Shown here: positions 7,315-14,781 of the stretch, piece by piece
Numbering within the stretch: the stretch's first letter is position 1
How the letters are laid out: the number at the start of each line of letters is the position of its first letter
Source: Candidatus Nanosynbacter lyticus
Lineage (GTDB): Bacteria > Patescibacteriota > Saccharimonadia > Saccharimonadales > Saccharimonadaceae
Reading direction: 5' to 3'
Length of the DNA stretch: 32,000 nt
Assembly: GCF_030253515.1 (NCBI RefSeq)
Contig: NZ_CP124549.1
Location: 390,001 to 422,000, forward strand
Position numbers and translations under genes: made by a program
Notes under the pieces: generated by a model
Databases searched by the model: none
The model's input: the letters and a program-made list of their open reading frames with translations, nothing else
Told to the model about the DNA's origin: nothing

Positions 7315-9035
7315 TGGTGCTTCTCGCAAATGGCAGGTTGGCGGTTGAGCTTGATCAATTTGGTCGAGTAAGCTCCCTGTCGTTCCCGCACGTTGGCCGC
7401 GAAGTCCAGAACCATCAAGCCGTGCATCGTCTCGGTGTATGGGTGGACGGTGAGTTTTCGTGGATTGATGATGGATCCTGGCGGCTGACGATGCGGCTGC
7501 CACAGGGAGCGCTGGTGGCGCACACGGTGCTGAAGCATGAGCGGCTGGGGTTGGTGCTGGAGTGCGATGATTTTGTCGATAGCAAGGTCAATGTATTTGG
7601 TCGTAATATTCACGTGGTCAATCTGCGGACTGAGACGCGCCAGGTGAGGTTGTTTTTGCATCAGGCGTTCCGGCTATACGATGATGGTCAAGCGATTGAC
7701 AGTGCGCAGTATGTCGAGGCTTCGCGGGCGCTGCTACATTATCGTGGGCAGCGGGCGTTTGCCGCTGGCCTACGGACATTTGCTGGGCGTGATTTTGATC
7801 GGTGGACGGTCGGGCGATTTGGCGCTGGGCTCGATGGATCGTGGTGTGACGCGGAGGATGGCGAACTGGCGGGCTGTCCGCATGAGTATGGCATGACCGA
7901 CTCGGTGCTGGGCTGCTCGCTGCGGCTGGCGGCGCTAGCGTCGGATCGCTGCACTTACTGGCTCACGGCCGGGACGTCGATCAAGGAAGCGCTGGGGCTG
8001 CACGAAAAGACGCGCAGTGTCGGCCTGGTGCGGAGCTTGGCACGAACAACGGATTTTTGGCACAAGTGGCTGAGTCCCGGTTTTCGCGCAGCGCAGAAAT
8101 TGCCGCCAGCCCACCGCCAGACTTTCGTTAATTCCCTGCTGACACTGCGAGCCCACGTGGATGAATCCGGGCTGGTACTGACTGATGACTCGGCGGGCAG
8201 TTGTCGTCTGCACGACGCAGCGTTCGCGCTGTGGCCGCTGATTCGGCTGGGGTATGGCAATGAGGCGGCGATGTTCTTCGAAGCTTGCTGGCGGATATTT
8301 GAGACCGATGGTTACTTCGCGCCAGCGTATTATACGGATGGCGAGCCGGTGGCGACTGATACCGCGTGGCGTCAAGATCGGCCGCCAATGCGCTTGAGGG
8401 ACGCGGCGGCGGTGCTATTTATCTTCTGTCAATTTGCCACGTCACGAGTTGGCATGGAGCGCTCGCGGCAGCTATATCAGTCGGTGGCCGCCAAGGTAGC
8501 GACGTTTGTGACGGATAATTGGGATAATCCAGCGGCGGACGACAACGCGGCGTTCGTTTGGCAGTTGTCGCGCGCGGCGCTGGAGCAAGCGAGCGAACTC
8601 GCGCAGCAGCACGACGACCCAGCCAATGCGGTGCAGTGGCGAACCTGCGCTGATGATATCAGCGCGCAGCTAGCGGGACGTGGTGCTGACGAGGTGACGA
8701 TGGATGCGGTGTATGCCGCCTATATGTTCGGTGTTGAGGGCGAGGCCGAGCGAACCAAGCAGCTGGTTGACGAGGCGACACAAACACTGGCGGCAGTTGA
8801 TGGTCTGTTCAAGCGACGGGTGGAGGATTCAGATAGTAGCGTGGTTGCTAGTTTGTGGCTGGCGCAATACTATATCGAGACAGGAGAGATGGTGCGAGCA
8901 GAGCGAATCGTTGACTTGATCCGCGAGCGGTGCATTACCAAAACTGGCGCGGTAAGTGAGCATAACGCGTCGTCGGTGGTAGCTTCGGCTGAATATGTCA
9001 ATACCCTGCTTGATATGATCGTGGCGCAGCGGTAG
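7314..9035 (+). CDS. glycoside hydrolase family 15-like (glucoamylase/glucodextranase-like)
   Basis: (alpha/alpha)6-barrel-type motifs: AAFALWPLIRLGY, YYTDGEP...WRQDRPPMRLRDAAAVLF, SLWLAQYYIETGEMVRAERIVDLI and GAVSEH. The ATG at 7314 overlaps the upstream TGA by 1 nt. A TTG at 7311 is an alternative start. Confidence 0.7.
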   Translation: MVLLANGRLAVELDQFGRVSSLSFPHVGREVQNHQAVHRLGVWVDGEFSWIDDGSWRLTMRLPQGALVAHTVLKHERLGLVLECDDFVDSKVNVFGRNIHVVNLRTETRQVRLFLHQAFRLYDDGQAIDSAQYVEASRALLHYRGQRAFAAGLRTFAGRDFDRWTVGRFGAGLDGSWCDAEDGELAGCPHEYGMTDSVLGCSLRLAALASDRCTYWLTAGTSIKEALGLHEKTRSVGLVRSLARTTDFWHKWLSPGFRAAQKLPPAHRQTFVNSLLTLRAHVDESGLVLTDDSAGSCRLHDAAFALWPLIRLGYGNEAAMFFEACWRIFETDGYFAPAYYTDGEPVATDTAWRQDRPPMRLRDAAAVLFIFCQFATSRVGMERSRQLYQSVAAKVATFVTDNWDNPAADDNAAFVWQLSRAALEQASELAQQHDDPANAVQWRTCADDISAQLAGRGADEVTMDAVYAAYMFGVEGEAERTKQLVDEATQTLAAVDGLFKRRVEDSDSSVVASLWLAQYYIETGEMVRAERIVDLIRERCITKTGAVSEHNASSVVASAEYVNTLLDMIVAQR

Positions 9036-9083
9036 ATTAGCGCATGGGAATTACACCGGCCTACTGATTTGGTCGTTTGTCGC

Positions 9084-9118
9084 AAATAAAAAATCACCCC
9101 TATCCTAGGGGGGTGATT
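9084..9118 (-). terminator. intrinsic terminator after rpmG; may also stop the convergent GH15 operon
   Basis: Minus strand AATCACCCC-loop-GGGGTGATT, a 9-bp stem, followed by TTTTTTATTT. Confidence 0.75.
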
Positions 9119-9132
9119 CTCGCTTGATGTCA

Positions 9133-9351
9133 TTAGCCCTTGCGTGGCTTGACTTCGTTGCGACCAAGGTTTTTCTTGGTCTCAGTGTAGGTTGCGTGCT
9201 GGCGGGCCACTGGGTCGTATTTTCGGAGCGTCAACTTGCCCTGCCCTTTAGTGGTGCGGTTTTGGGTATTGACCGTGGTGTAGTACGTGCGGTGACCGCT
9301 CAAATTACTGACCAAACCAATCAACTTTCGCTTCGTATTCTTCTTTGCCAT
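9133..9351 (-). CDS. rpmG: 50S ribosomal protein L33 (Cys-less form, C-terminally extended)
   Basis: MAKKNTKRKLIGLVSNLSGHRTYYTTVNTQN...KLTLRKYDPVARQHATYTETKK matches the L33 core (…GH.YTT.KN…L.KYDP..R.H..Y.E.K). Confidence 0.85.
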   Translation of the reverse strand: MAKKNTKRKLIGLVSNLSGHRTYYTTVNTQNRTTKGQGKLTLRKYDPVARQHATYTETKKNLGRNEVKPRKG

Positions 9352-9387
9352 CTCTTTACTCGTTACGTTTATTTACAATCTTGACCG

Positions 9388-9396
9388 ATTATAGCA
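9388..9396 (-). promoter_or_regulatory. extended -10 (TGcTATAAT) upstream of rpmG
   Basis: Minus strand TGCTATAAT, 36 nt upstream of the rpmG ATG. Confidence 0.4.
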
Positions 9397-9452
9397 CAGA
9401 TAATCCCGAAACGCTAGGGCGCTTGTTAAGGAAAATTGCTCTTGCCCTCGGG

Positions 9453-10124
9453 CTAATACCAACGCACCATCTCATCAAGTGGCCGGCGGCTGCGCAGGTG
9501 CGGCTGGTCGCTACGACTGGCGTACCCGAGCGCCAGCATGAGAACCGGCAGGTCTTTGGCTGGGTCGATGAGCTGGTGGGTTGTCAGTACCTCTGTCGCC
9601 TGATCAATCGAAAATCCCTCAATCGGACACGAGTCAATCCCCCGCTCCGCTGCCACCAGCATGGCAAAGCCGAGGGCGATGTACGCCTGGTGCGCTGACC
9701 ACTGGTGCAGCCCGTCAGGCGTGTCCATTAGCTTAAAATCGTTCTTCGCCCACTGCTTCCAGAAGGTCTTGTAGGCGGCGCGCTCGACCAGATTCATGCG
9801 CTTTACATCACGGAGTATGTGATCGATGTGGTCGCTAAGCGCGTCGGCCGTCTTGGCGGTAAAAATCAGGAAATGACTGGCATCAAAGCGCGGCTTATTA
9901 ATCGGTGCGCATTTTTTCAGACCCTGGCGTAGCTGCTGATCTTGGGCGACGATGACGTCGAATTGCTCAAAACCGTACGAGGTTGGCGTGAGGCGAATTG
10001 CCTCAAGGATCAGCTCCATATCTTGGTCAGAGATCTTTTTATTAGCATCAAATTTCTTGCAGGCATGGCGAAAATCCAGCGCTTTGGTAATTTCCGCTGC
10101 TGAAATGGTTGGTTTGCTGGTCAT
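9453..10124 (-). CDS. nitroreductase-family NAD(P)H oxidoreductase
   Basis: FRHACKKFD...ISDQDMELILEAIRLTPTSYGFEQFDVIVAQD together with the C-terminal GIDSCPIEGF is typical of the nitroreductase fold. The start overlaps the upstream stop (ATGA). Confidence 0.75.
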   Translation of the reverse strand: MTSKPTISAAEITKALDFRHACKKFDANKKISDQDMELILEAIRLTPTSYGFEQFDVIVAQDQQLRQGLKKCAPINKPRFDASHFLIFTAKTADALSDHIDHILRDVKRMNLVERAAYKTFWKQWAKNDFKLMDTPDGLHQWSAHQAYIALGFAMLVAAERGIDSCPIEGFSIDQATEVLTTHQLIDPAKDLPVLMLALGYASRSDQPHLRSRRPLDEMVRWY

Positions 10125-10819
10125 TGGCGTCCTCCTTTTTGTTGCCTAATGATACGTTGCTCTTCGGGTGTGAATCGCCGTGATTCGCGCATTTTTTGAT
10201 AGGCTTTGTTGCGCGTCCAAGCGTCGATGTGTCCGCTTTCTAGTTCAGCCAACGTCAGCTCAAAAAAGTTCACCGCCGCCGTTGCATACAGCCAAGCCAG
10301 CCCCATCTTGACATAATAGCCATCGTGCCTGACGTTTCGCAGCGCCGCGAAAACCCGATCGATGCGTGCTTTATCCAGGAAATTAGTCATCAAAGAAATT
10401 ACGCCGTAGCGCACTGTAAATTCAGCTTCGCCTTGTAGGCATTCTAGTGCAAAATCCCACCACAGTTCGCCGGCAAAGCGCCGCTTTTTTTCGATGAACA
10501 CATCAATGTGCGCCCACGAATCAACGAGTGGCAAATATTGTTTAGTCAAATCAATCGCCGTCTGCTCATCGAGCCGAGCGTGCGTGATCAGCAGCCCGCA
10601 TAGCAGCACGTAGTCAAATGACTTGTTCTTGGCTGTTAGTAATCTGCTAATGTCCGCTGCGCTTATGTTAGGCGCTAATTCCCTCGCCAATCGCCGTAAA
10701 TCCGGCACACGCACACCGATGACCGGCATCTTGGTATTGACGATGCGCTTATTAAAGGCGGCGTAGGTTTCATTGCCTTGAGCAAGCGTTTCGAGTTGGC
10801 GCGTGAGGTTGTGAAGCAT
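10121..10819 (-). CDS. DNA alkylation repair protein-like (AlkD/HEAT-repeat family)
   Basis: Length and helical-repeat pattern fit (…VIGVRVPDLRRLARELA…, …WAHIDVF…, …YYVKMGLAWLYATAAV…). The call is by eye only. Confidence 0.5.
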   Translation of the reverse strand: MLHNLTRQLETLAQGNETYAAFNKRIVNTKMPVIGVRVPDLRRLARELAPNISAADISRLLTAKNKSFDYVLLCGLLITHARLDEQTAIDLTKQYLPLVDSWAHIDVFIEKKRRFAGELWWDFALECLQGEAEFTVRYGVISLMTNFLDKARIDRVFAALRNVRHDGYYVKMGLAWLYATAAVNFFELTLAELESGHIDAWTRNKAYQKMRESRRFTPEEQRIIRQQKGGRQ

Positions 10820-10825
10820 ATGTTT

Positions 10826-10854
10826 ATTATAACCTATAAGTGGCGCATTGCTAA
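10826..10854 (-). promoter_or_regulatory. putative promoter; leaderless candidate for the AlkD-like/nitroreductase operon
   Basis: Minus strand TTAGCA - 17 nt - TATAAT - 6 nt (AAACAT) - ATG. Confidence 0.45.
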
Positions 10855-11352
10855 CGCTGCTTCCACCGTTTCGGCGAAACCCGGCATGAGCTTCATCTTG
10901 GGAACTTCTTTGAGATTAAACCAGGCAGCGGATTTATTTTCCCAATTAAGCCGGGGCGTAACGGTACTTGCCAGTTCAACGAGGATAGCAACAACGTGCC
11001 ATTCACGATCTAGTTGCTGGTCAATCTGTACAAATGGCTGGCTGAGCTTCATATTGATAATATGTTGCCTTGAAATGCCGATCTCTTCGGCTAGTTCACC
11101 ATACGCGATGTCTTTGATACTAAGATTGGGGTTGTCGATAAAACCGGATATGCCGTTAATCAGCTCCGGATAGGCGATAACTTCACTGCTACGTTTAGTC
11201 AGTAAGACCTGATCGCCCGAGGCAACGACACAATTTAACACAAAACACACACGTTCATCAGTATAGTTAACTCGTCCATCTTCAAAGCGTGGATAATTAG
11301 CCGTAAGGTCGCGAATGTGTTGCATGTAGGCGGCAGACGATTGCTTATCCAT
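10834..11352 (-). CDS. Nudix-fold hydrolase-like protein (degenerate Nudix box)
   Basis: GFIDNPNLSIKDIAYGELAEEIGI resembles Gx5Ex7REUxEExGU but lacks several invariant residues. Start moved to the ATG at 11352, because the ORF-track extension runs through a tRNA gene. Confidence 0.45.
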   Translation of the reverse strand: MDKQSSAAYMQHIRDLTANYPRFEDGRVNYTDERVCFVLNCVVASGDQVLLTKRSSEVIAYPELINGISGFIDNPNLSIKDIAYGELAEEIGISRQHIINMKLSQPFVQIDQQLDREWHVVAILVELASTVTPRLNWENKSAAWFNLKEVPKMKLMPGFAETVEAALAMRHL

Positions 11353-11381
11353 GTTTAGTACAAATAATCTAAAAATCAAAA

Positions 11382-11456
11382 TGGAGCCACGATCGGGGCT
11401 TGAACCCGAGACCTCATCCTTACCATGGATGCGCTCTACCAACTGAGCTATCGCGG
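11382..11456 (-). tRNA. tRNA-Thr (anticodon GGT), CCA encoded
   Basis: Minus strand GCCGCGA TA GCTC AGTTGGTA GAGC G CATCC ATGGTAA GGATG AGGTC TCGGG TTCAAGC CCCGA TCGTGGC T CCA. Confidence 0.9.
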
Positions 11457-11495
11457 CATATTACTACGTCTAAAAACGGCGCAGTAACAGTTGTT

Positions 11496-11523
11496 ATTGT
11501 ATCATACTCGCATGGTCGTGCAA
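11496..11523 (-). promoter_or_regulatory. putative promoter of tRNA-Thr(GGT)
   Basis: Minus strand TTGCAC - 16 nt - (TGa)TACAAT, about 40 nt upstream of the tRNA. Confidence 0.5.
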
Positions 11524-11542
11524 AGATGATGGCGAGTCGAGA

Positions 11543-12118
11543 CTATTTCTTAGCCTTTGCCTTGGCTTCCGTTTTAGCCTGGTCTGGTGTATCAGTAGCT
11601 TTAGGGGTTGTTGGCTTATCTGCTTTGGCTGAGTCAAGCTCAGATTCGATTTCGCTAAGCACGTAGCCCATAGCGGCGACCAGGGCGATGGCGACAACTC
11701 CGCTCGCAACGTCGTAGTAATGAGTGAAGAAGCTGAGAATAAAGGTGACAACGGTGGCAAGGAACGTAACGACAATGCCAGCGGTAGTAAAGAGCCAGCC
11801 TCGGGTTTGCTTGCGTCGTAGCGGTGAGATGGCCAGTCCGAAGAGGACAATTTCGGTGATCGCAAAGATCAGCGTGATGATCTGCTGCAAGCGGATGATG
11901 GCGATATTTGGTACAAATATGGCGACGCCAAAGAGGGAGATATGATCAGCTTGTGACAGTAATGACAGGGCTGAGGTTAGCGACAAGGCAGCCACCACTG
12001 CCAGCAGTGCGGCGACAATCCAGAGGTTGTCGGCGACCGCTTGGCGCGATTGCTTGGACATGCGTGGTAATGGTTTATAGAGTGCTTTGAGTGTTTTGGC
12101 AAATGGAAATCGTTTCAT
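11543..12118 (-). CDS. hypothetical multi-pass membrane protein with K/A/T-rich C-terminal tail
   Basis: About four hydrophobic helices (e.g. WIVAALLAVVAALSLTSALSLL, GIVVTFLATVVTFILSFF). Tail KADKPTTPKATDTPDQAKTEAKAKAKK. No recognisable family. Confidence 0.55.
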   Translation of the reverse strand: MKRFPFAKTLKALYKPLPRMSKQSRQAVADNLWIVAALLAVVAALSLTSALSLLSQADHISLFGVAIFVPNIAIIRLQQIITLIFAITEIVLFGLAISPLRRKQTRGWLFTTAGIVVTFLATVVTFILSFFTHYYDVASGVVAIALVAAMGYVLSEIESELDSAKADKPTTPKATDTPDQAKTEAKAKAKK

Positions 12119-12124
12119 GATTTG

Positions 12125-12133
12125 ATAATAGCA
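12125..12133 (-). promoter_or_regulatory. extended -10 (TGcTATTAT) 6 nt upstream of ATG; leaderless candidate
   Basis: Minus strand TGCTATTAT CAAATC ATG. Confidence 0.45.
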
Positions 12134-12154
12134 TGTCGGGCGGCGGCGAGCAAC

Positions 12155-12454
12155 TCAGCGTGAAGTACGGGTAGATTTTGTGGTGCGCGCTCGGGTTGGC
12201 TTGGCTGGCCGTGGCAAGCGCGGTGCAATGATGGCGTCCAGTACCGTCCAGGCGACGCTATTGACCAAGAAGACCACGCCGACGATACCGGCGATTGAGG
12301 CGGCCAGATGTGCAGCTGAATTACTGATCAGGATTAGCCCGCCGCCGATCGTTAAGCTGATGATGGCTAGGGCGACGTAGGCCTGCTGTAACTTGAGGCG
12401 CTGATTTTTCTGCTCGTTCCAGGTGATCAGCCCTCGCTTGATAAGCTCTAACAT
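12155..12454 (-). CDS. hypothetical small 2-TM membrane protein
   Basis: Helices AYVALAIISLTIGGGLILI and IAGIVGVVFLVNSVAWTVL, with a basic tail. Start set at the ATG at 12454, because the TTG at 12490 coincides with a consensus -35 box. Confidence 0.55.
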   Translation of the reverse strand: MLELIKRGLITWNEQKNQRLKLQQAYVALAIISLTIGGGLILISNSAAHLAASIAGIVGVVFLVNSVAWTVLDAIIAPRLPRPAKPTRARTTKSTRTSR

Positions 12455-12461
12455 GCTCGAA

Positions 12462-12490
12462 ATTATAGCATTGTTTATGAGTAAAGTCAA
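12462..12490 (-). promoter_or_regulatory. near-consensus promoter; leaderless candidate
   Basis: Minus strand TTGACT - 17 nt - (TGc)TATAAT - 7 nt (TTCGAGC) - ATG. Confidence 0.6.
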
Positions 12491-12505
12491 CGTTACCTAT
12501 AGTCG

Positions 12506-12889
12506 CTAGTTAGTCACTAGGCAAAACCTATTTCCATCGGGGTCTTGCACAACTACCCAGCGCCAGTTGCCTTCCGACTTTTCTTCTACGAGCTTTCCAC
12601 CGAGGTCGATTATTTGTTGAATAGCCTCGTCAATATCATCGACAACAATATCGATATGCATCCCGAGAGATTCTTGATCGGGAACCTGTTGGATACTAAT
12701 CGTTACCTCACCTTCATCACCAGTTGACGGTAGATCAGTGTATGGCGGTGAGACATCGCCAGGCTCTCTGCCAGTCACGGTGCTCCAGAACTTTGCCGAT
12801 CTTTCACTATCTGTTGCATTTATAATAACGTATTCAACCCTACCGATAGGCGTTTTTCTTCCCTCTGGCGTTACCCTTTTCTTTGCCAT
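12506..12889 (-). CDS. VOC (glyoxalase/bleomycin-resistance/dioxygenase) family protein
   Basis: VEYVIINATDSERSAKFWSTVTG ... MHIDIVVDDIDEAIQQIIDLGGKLVEE ... WRWVVVQDPDGNRFCLV shows the paired beta-alpha-beta-beta-beta modules of the VOC fold. Confidence 0.7.
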   Translation of the reverse strand: MAKKRVTPEGRKTPIGRVEYVIINATDSERSAKFWSTVTGREPGDVSPPYTDLPSTGDEGEVTISIQQVPDQESLGMHIDIVVDDIDEAIQQIIDLGGKLVEEKSEGNWRWVVVQDPDGNRFCLVTN

Positions 12890-12895
12890 AATTTC

Positions 12896-12904
12896 ATTAT
12901 ATCA
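12896..12904 (-). promoter_or_regulatory. extended -10 (TGaTATAAT) 6 nt upstream of ATG; leaderless candidate
   Basis: Minus strand TGATATAAT GAAATT ATG. Confidence 0.45.
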
Positions 12905-12936
12905 AAAAGACCTATATTGCTCACATGATTCAACTT

Positions 12937-12959
12937 AAAAAGAGCGCCAGTGGACGCTC
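12937..12959 (-). terminator. intrinsic terminator after the tRNA-Thr/tRNA-Tyr pair
   Basis: Minus strand GAGCG-TCCACTGG-CGCTC followed by TTTTT. Confidence 0.6.
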
Positions 12960-12978
12960 CTTGGGTGAAATAACGATT

Positions 12979-13062
12979 TGGTGCCGGAAGTAGGACTCGA
13001 ACCTACGAAGCCTGACGGCGGGAGATTTACAGTCTCCTGTGATTGCCACTACACGATTCCGG
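12979..13062 (-). tRNA. tRNA-Tyr (anticodon GTA), long variable arm, CCA encoded
   Basis: Minus strand acceptor GCCGGAA/TTCCGGC, anticodon arm GGAGA-CTGTAAA-TCTCC, long extra arm CGCCGTCAGGCTTCG, T-arm GTAGG-TTCGAGT-CCTAC, then A-CCA. Confidence 0.9.
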
Positions 13063-13126
13063 CATGGAACTTGCTACATCGCGGCGCCCGCACGTTTTTA
13101 CATGCTTGGTGCGAGGGCGATGCAAA

Positions 13127-13203
13127 TGGAGCCGATTCAGGGATTCGAACCCAGGACCTGCTGTTTACAAAACAGCTGCTCTAACCAGCTGAGCTAAATC
13201 GGC
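13127..13203 (-). tRNA. tRNA-Thr (anticodon TGT), CCA encoded
   Basis: Minus strand GCCGATT TA GCTC AGCTGGTTA GAGC A GCTGT TTTGTAA ACAGC AGGTC CTGGG TTCGAAT CCCTG AATCGGC T CCA. There is one U-U mismatch in the T stem. Confidence 0.85.
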
Positions 13204-13213
13204 ATCTTGAATG

Positions 13214-13242
13214 ATTGTAGCAAGTTTTGCAGCCCAAGACAA
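13214..13242 (-). promoter_or_regulatory. putative promoter of the tRNA-Thr/tRNA-Tyr unit
   Basis: Minus strand TTGTCT - 17 nt - (TGc)TACAAT, 10 nt before the tRNA 5-prime end. Confidence 0.5.
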
Positions 13243-13245
13243 GGT

Positions 13246-13947
13246 CTACATAATTACTTTTCGTGGTTGCCGCGGCTGGCGTGGCTGCTGAGGGTGGGCT
13301 GGGTGCTGCGAACGGCGCGGGGCGGCGGCTGGCTTGTCGGGTGTGAGCATGGCCGTGGCGCGCTCGCGAAGTTTGGCGGCTTGTTCGGGCTGCTTGGCAC
13401 TGTCGTAGGCTTGGGCAAGCGTGTTCAATGTGTGCGGCGTCGGTTCGAGCTCAGCGGCCTTCTCCAGCGCCGCCAGCATTTTCTTCGTATTACCTAATTT
13501 CTCCTGAACCTTGGCGTAGGCGATGTGCCGGGCGGCGTGACTGGCCTCCATATCAAGCGCCTGCTCAAACGCCAGCGCTGCCTTGACATAATCTTGTGTC
13601 TCGTAGTAAATGAGGCCGACATTGTGCAGGCTCGAAGCGCTCGGCTCGAGGCTCTGGGCGATTTCAAAGCACTCGATGGCGTCCTTGTAGGCACGCTGCT
13701 TGGCGTATAAAATCCCCAGGCGGTTGTAAGCCGTGGCATTTTTCTCATCGACGCGCAGGATGGTTAGGAGTGCCTTTTCGGCGCGTAGATACTTGTTTTC
13801 GCGCAGCGACTCTTGAGCGATAGCCCAGAGCTTGTCGAGTTTCTCCGACAATTTAACTGGTAAGTTTTGCGCTTCGCCGACTGACGGCTGATACCAAACT
13901 GCCCACACCATAACTAGCAGGATAACTAATAATCCAGACATATGCAT
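13246..13947 (-). CDS. membrane-anchored tetratricopeptide-repeat protein
   Basis: N-terminal TM helix LLVILLVMVWAVW, then about 4-5 TPR-like 34-aa units (AYNRLGILYAKQRAYKDAIECFEIAQSLEP, HNVGLIYYETQDYVKAALAFEQALDME, ...). P/Q/R-rich tail. Confidence 0.7.
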   Translation of the reverse strand: MHMSGLLVILLVMVWAVWYQPSVGEAQNLPVKLSEKLDKLWAIAQESLRENKYLRAEKALLTILRVDEKNATAYNRLGILYAKQRAYKDAIECFEIAQSLEPSASSLHNVGLIYYETQDYVKAALAFEQALDMEASHAARHIAYAKVQEKLGNTKKMLAALEKAAELEPTPHTLNTLAQAYDSAKQPEQAAKLRERATAMLTPDKPAAAPRRSQHPAHPQQPRQPRQPRKVIM

Positions 13948-13950
13948 CCA

Positions 13951-14781
13951 TTATACCACAATATTGATCAGCGCCAGTCGCACATTGCCATTATGCCTCA
14001 GCCGCGTTTCGGCGGTGATGATCCAATCAAGGAGGGGTTGGTGTGCGGGGCTCGGCTGAGTTTTCATCTGAAATGCTACCATGGTGAGCAGGATGTCGAT
14101 CAGCTGGAGGGCTTTGGTGCGATTGGTGAAATAGGGCGGCAGCGTGCGCAGTGCTTCATACGAGCCTGGTGCGGCGAGGATGCATTTGGCGTCAGCGGCG
14201 ATGGCTTGATATTCGGACAGTAGTTTCGGCGTGCGTGCTAATTGGCGGATAAGCAGCGGCCGACCGGCGGCTAGGAACAGGATTTGGCGACGCTCGCTGG
14301 CGGTGAGCGAGGTGGCGTCAAGTAGCGTTTCGTCCTGCGCCTGCGAAGTGCGGTGCAAGGTTAGCACTTGACAGCGCGAACGAATGGTGGCCAGCAGCTG
14401 CTGTTCGTTCTCGGTCACGAGCAAAAAATGTGTGTTGGCGTTTGGCTCCTCTAGGGATTTGAGAAGTGCATTCTGTGCTGCCTCGCTCATCTGGTCGGCT
14501 GGATCGATAACGATAACGCGGCGAACCGTGGCGTGCGTGCGCAGCATGGTAATCATGGTGCGAATCTGCTCAGTCGTAATTGTGGTTTTTGCCTCCAGTG
14601 GCTGCAGCCGGAGCACCTCCGATGGCGTAAGTGTTGCTAGGTATTCAGCGGCGCCCGTGCCGTCCAGCCCACGCTCGGCGTTGATGATCACCGCCTGTGG
14701 CAGTCGCTCAGCAAGTTGGCGTAGTGTAGCGCGGTCGCGATGCGCCACCACTGGTGTGCGCGGCGAGCGGGTGCTAGTCAT
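13951..14781 (-). CDS. holB: DNA polymerase III delta-prime-like clamp-loader subunit (degenerate Walker A)
   Basis: VIVIDPADQMSEAAQNALLKSLEEPNANTHFLLVT and IRSRCQVLTL (SRC motif) are clamp-loader delta-prime signatures. Start set at the ATG at 14781, overlapping the upstream stop by 8 nt. Confidence 0.6.
   Translation of the reverse strand: MTSTRSPRTPVVAHRDRATLRQLAERLPQAVIINAERGLDGTGAAEYLATLTPSEVLRLQPLEAKTTITTEQIRTMITMLRTHATVRRVIVIDPADQMSEAAQNALLKSLEEPNANTHFLLVTENEQQLLATIRSRCQVLTLHRTSQAQDETLLDATSLTASERRQILFLAAGRPLLIRQLARTPKLLSEYQAIAADAKCILAAPGSYEALRTLPPYFTNRTKALQLIDILLTMVAFQMKTQPSPAHQPLLDWIITAETRLRHNGNVRLALINIVV

Noticed and set aside
11353-11442. N-terminal 30 codons of ORF 10834..11442
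   Set aside because: This stretch runs straight through the tRNA-Thr(GGT) gene (11382-11456). The start is moved to the ATG at 11352.
12455-12490. TTG start at 12490 for the small membrane protein
   Set aside because: The TTG is the first base triplet of a consensus -35 box (TTGACT), spaced 17 nt from TGcTATAAT. The ATG at 12454, 7 nt after the -10, is the more likely (leaderless) start.
12978-13184. 68-aa plus-strand ORF
   Set aside because: It is entirely antisense to tRNA-Tyr and tRNA-Thr(TGT), so it is an artefact.
13941-13957. TATAAT immediately upstream of the TPR gene start as another leaderless promoter
   Set aside because: The hexamer overlaps the holB stop codon (GTA TAA TGG) and sits only 2 nt from the first ATG. 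The TPR gene is more simply explained as operon-internal, so it is not counted among the leaderless examples.
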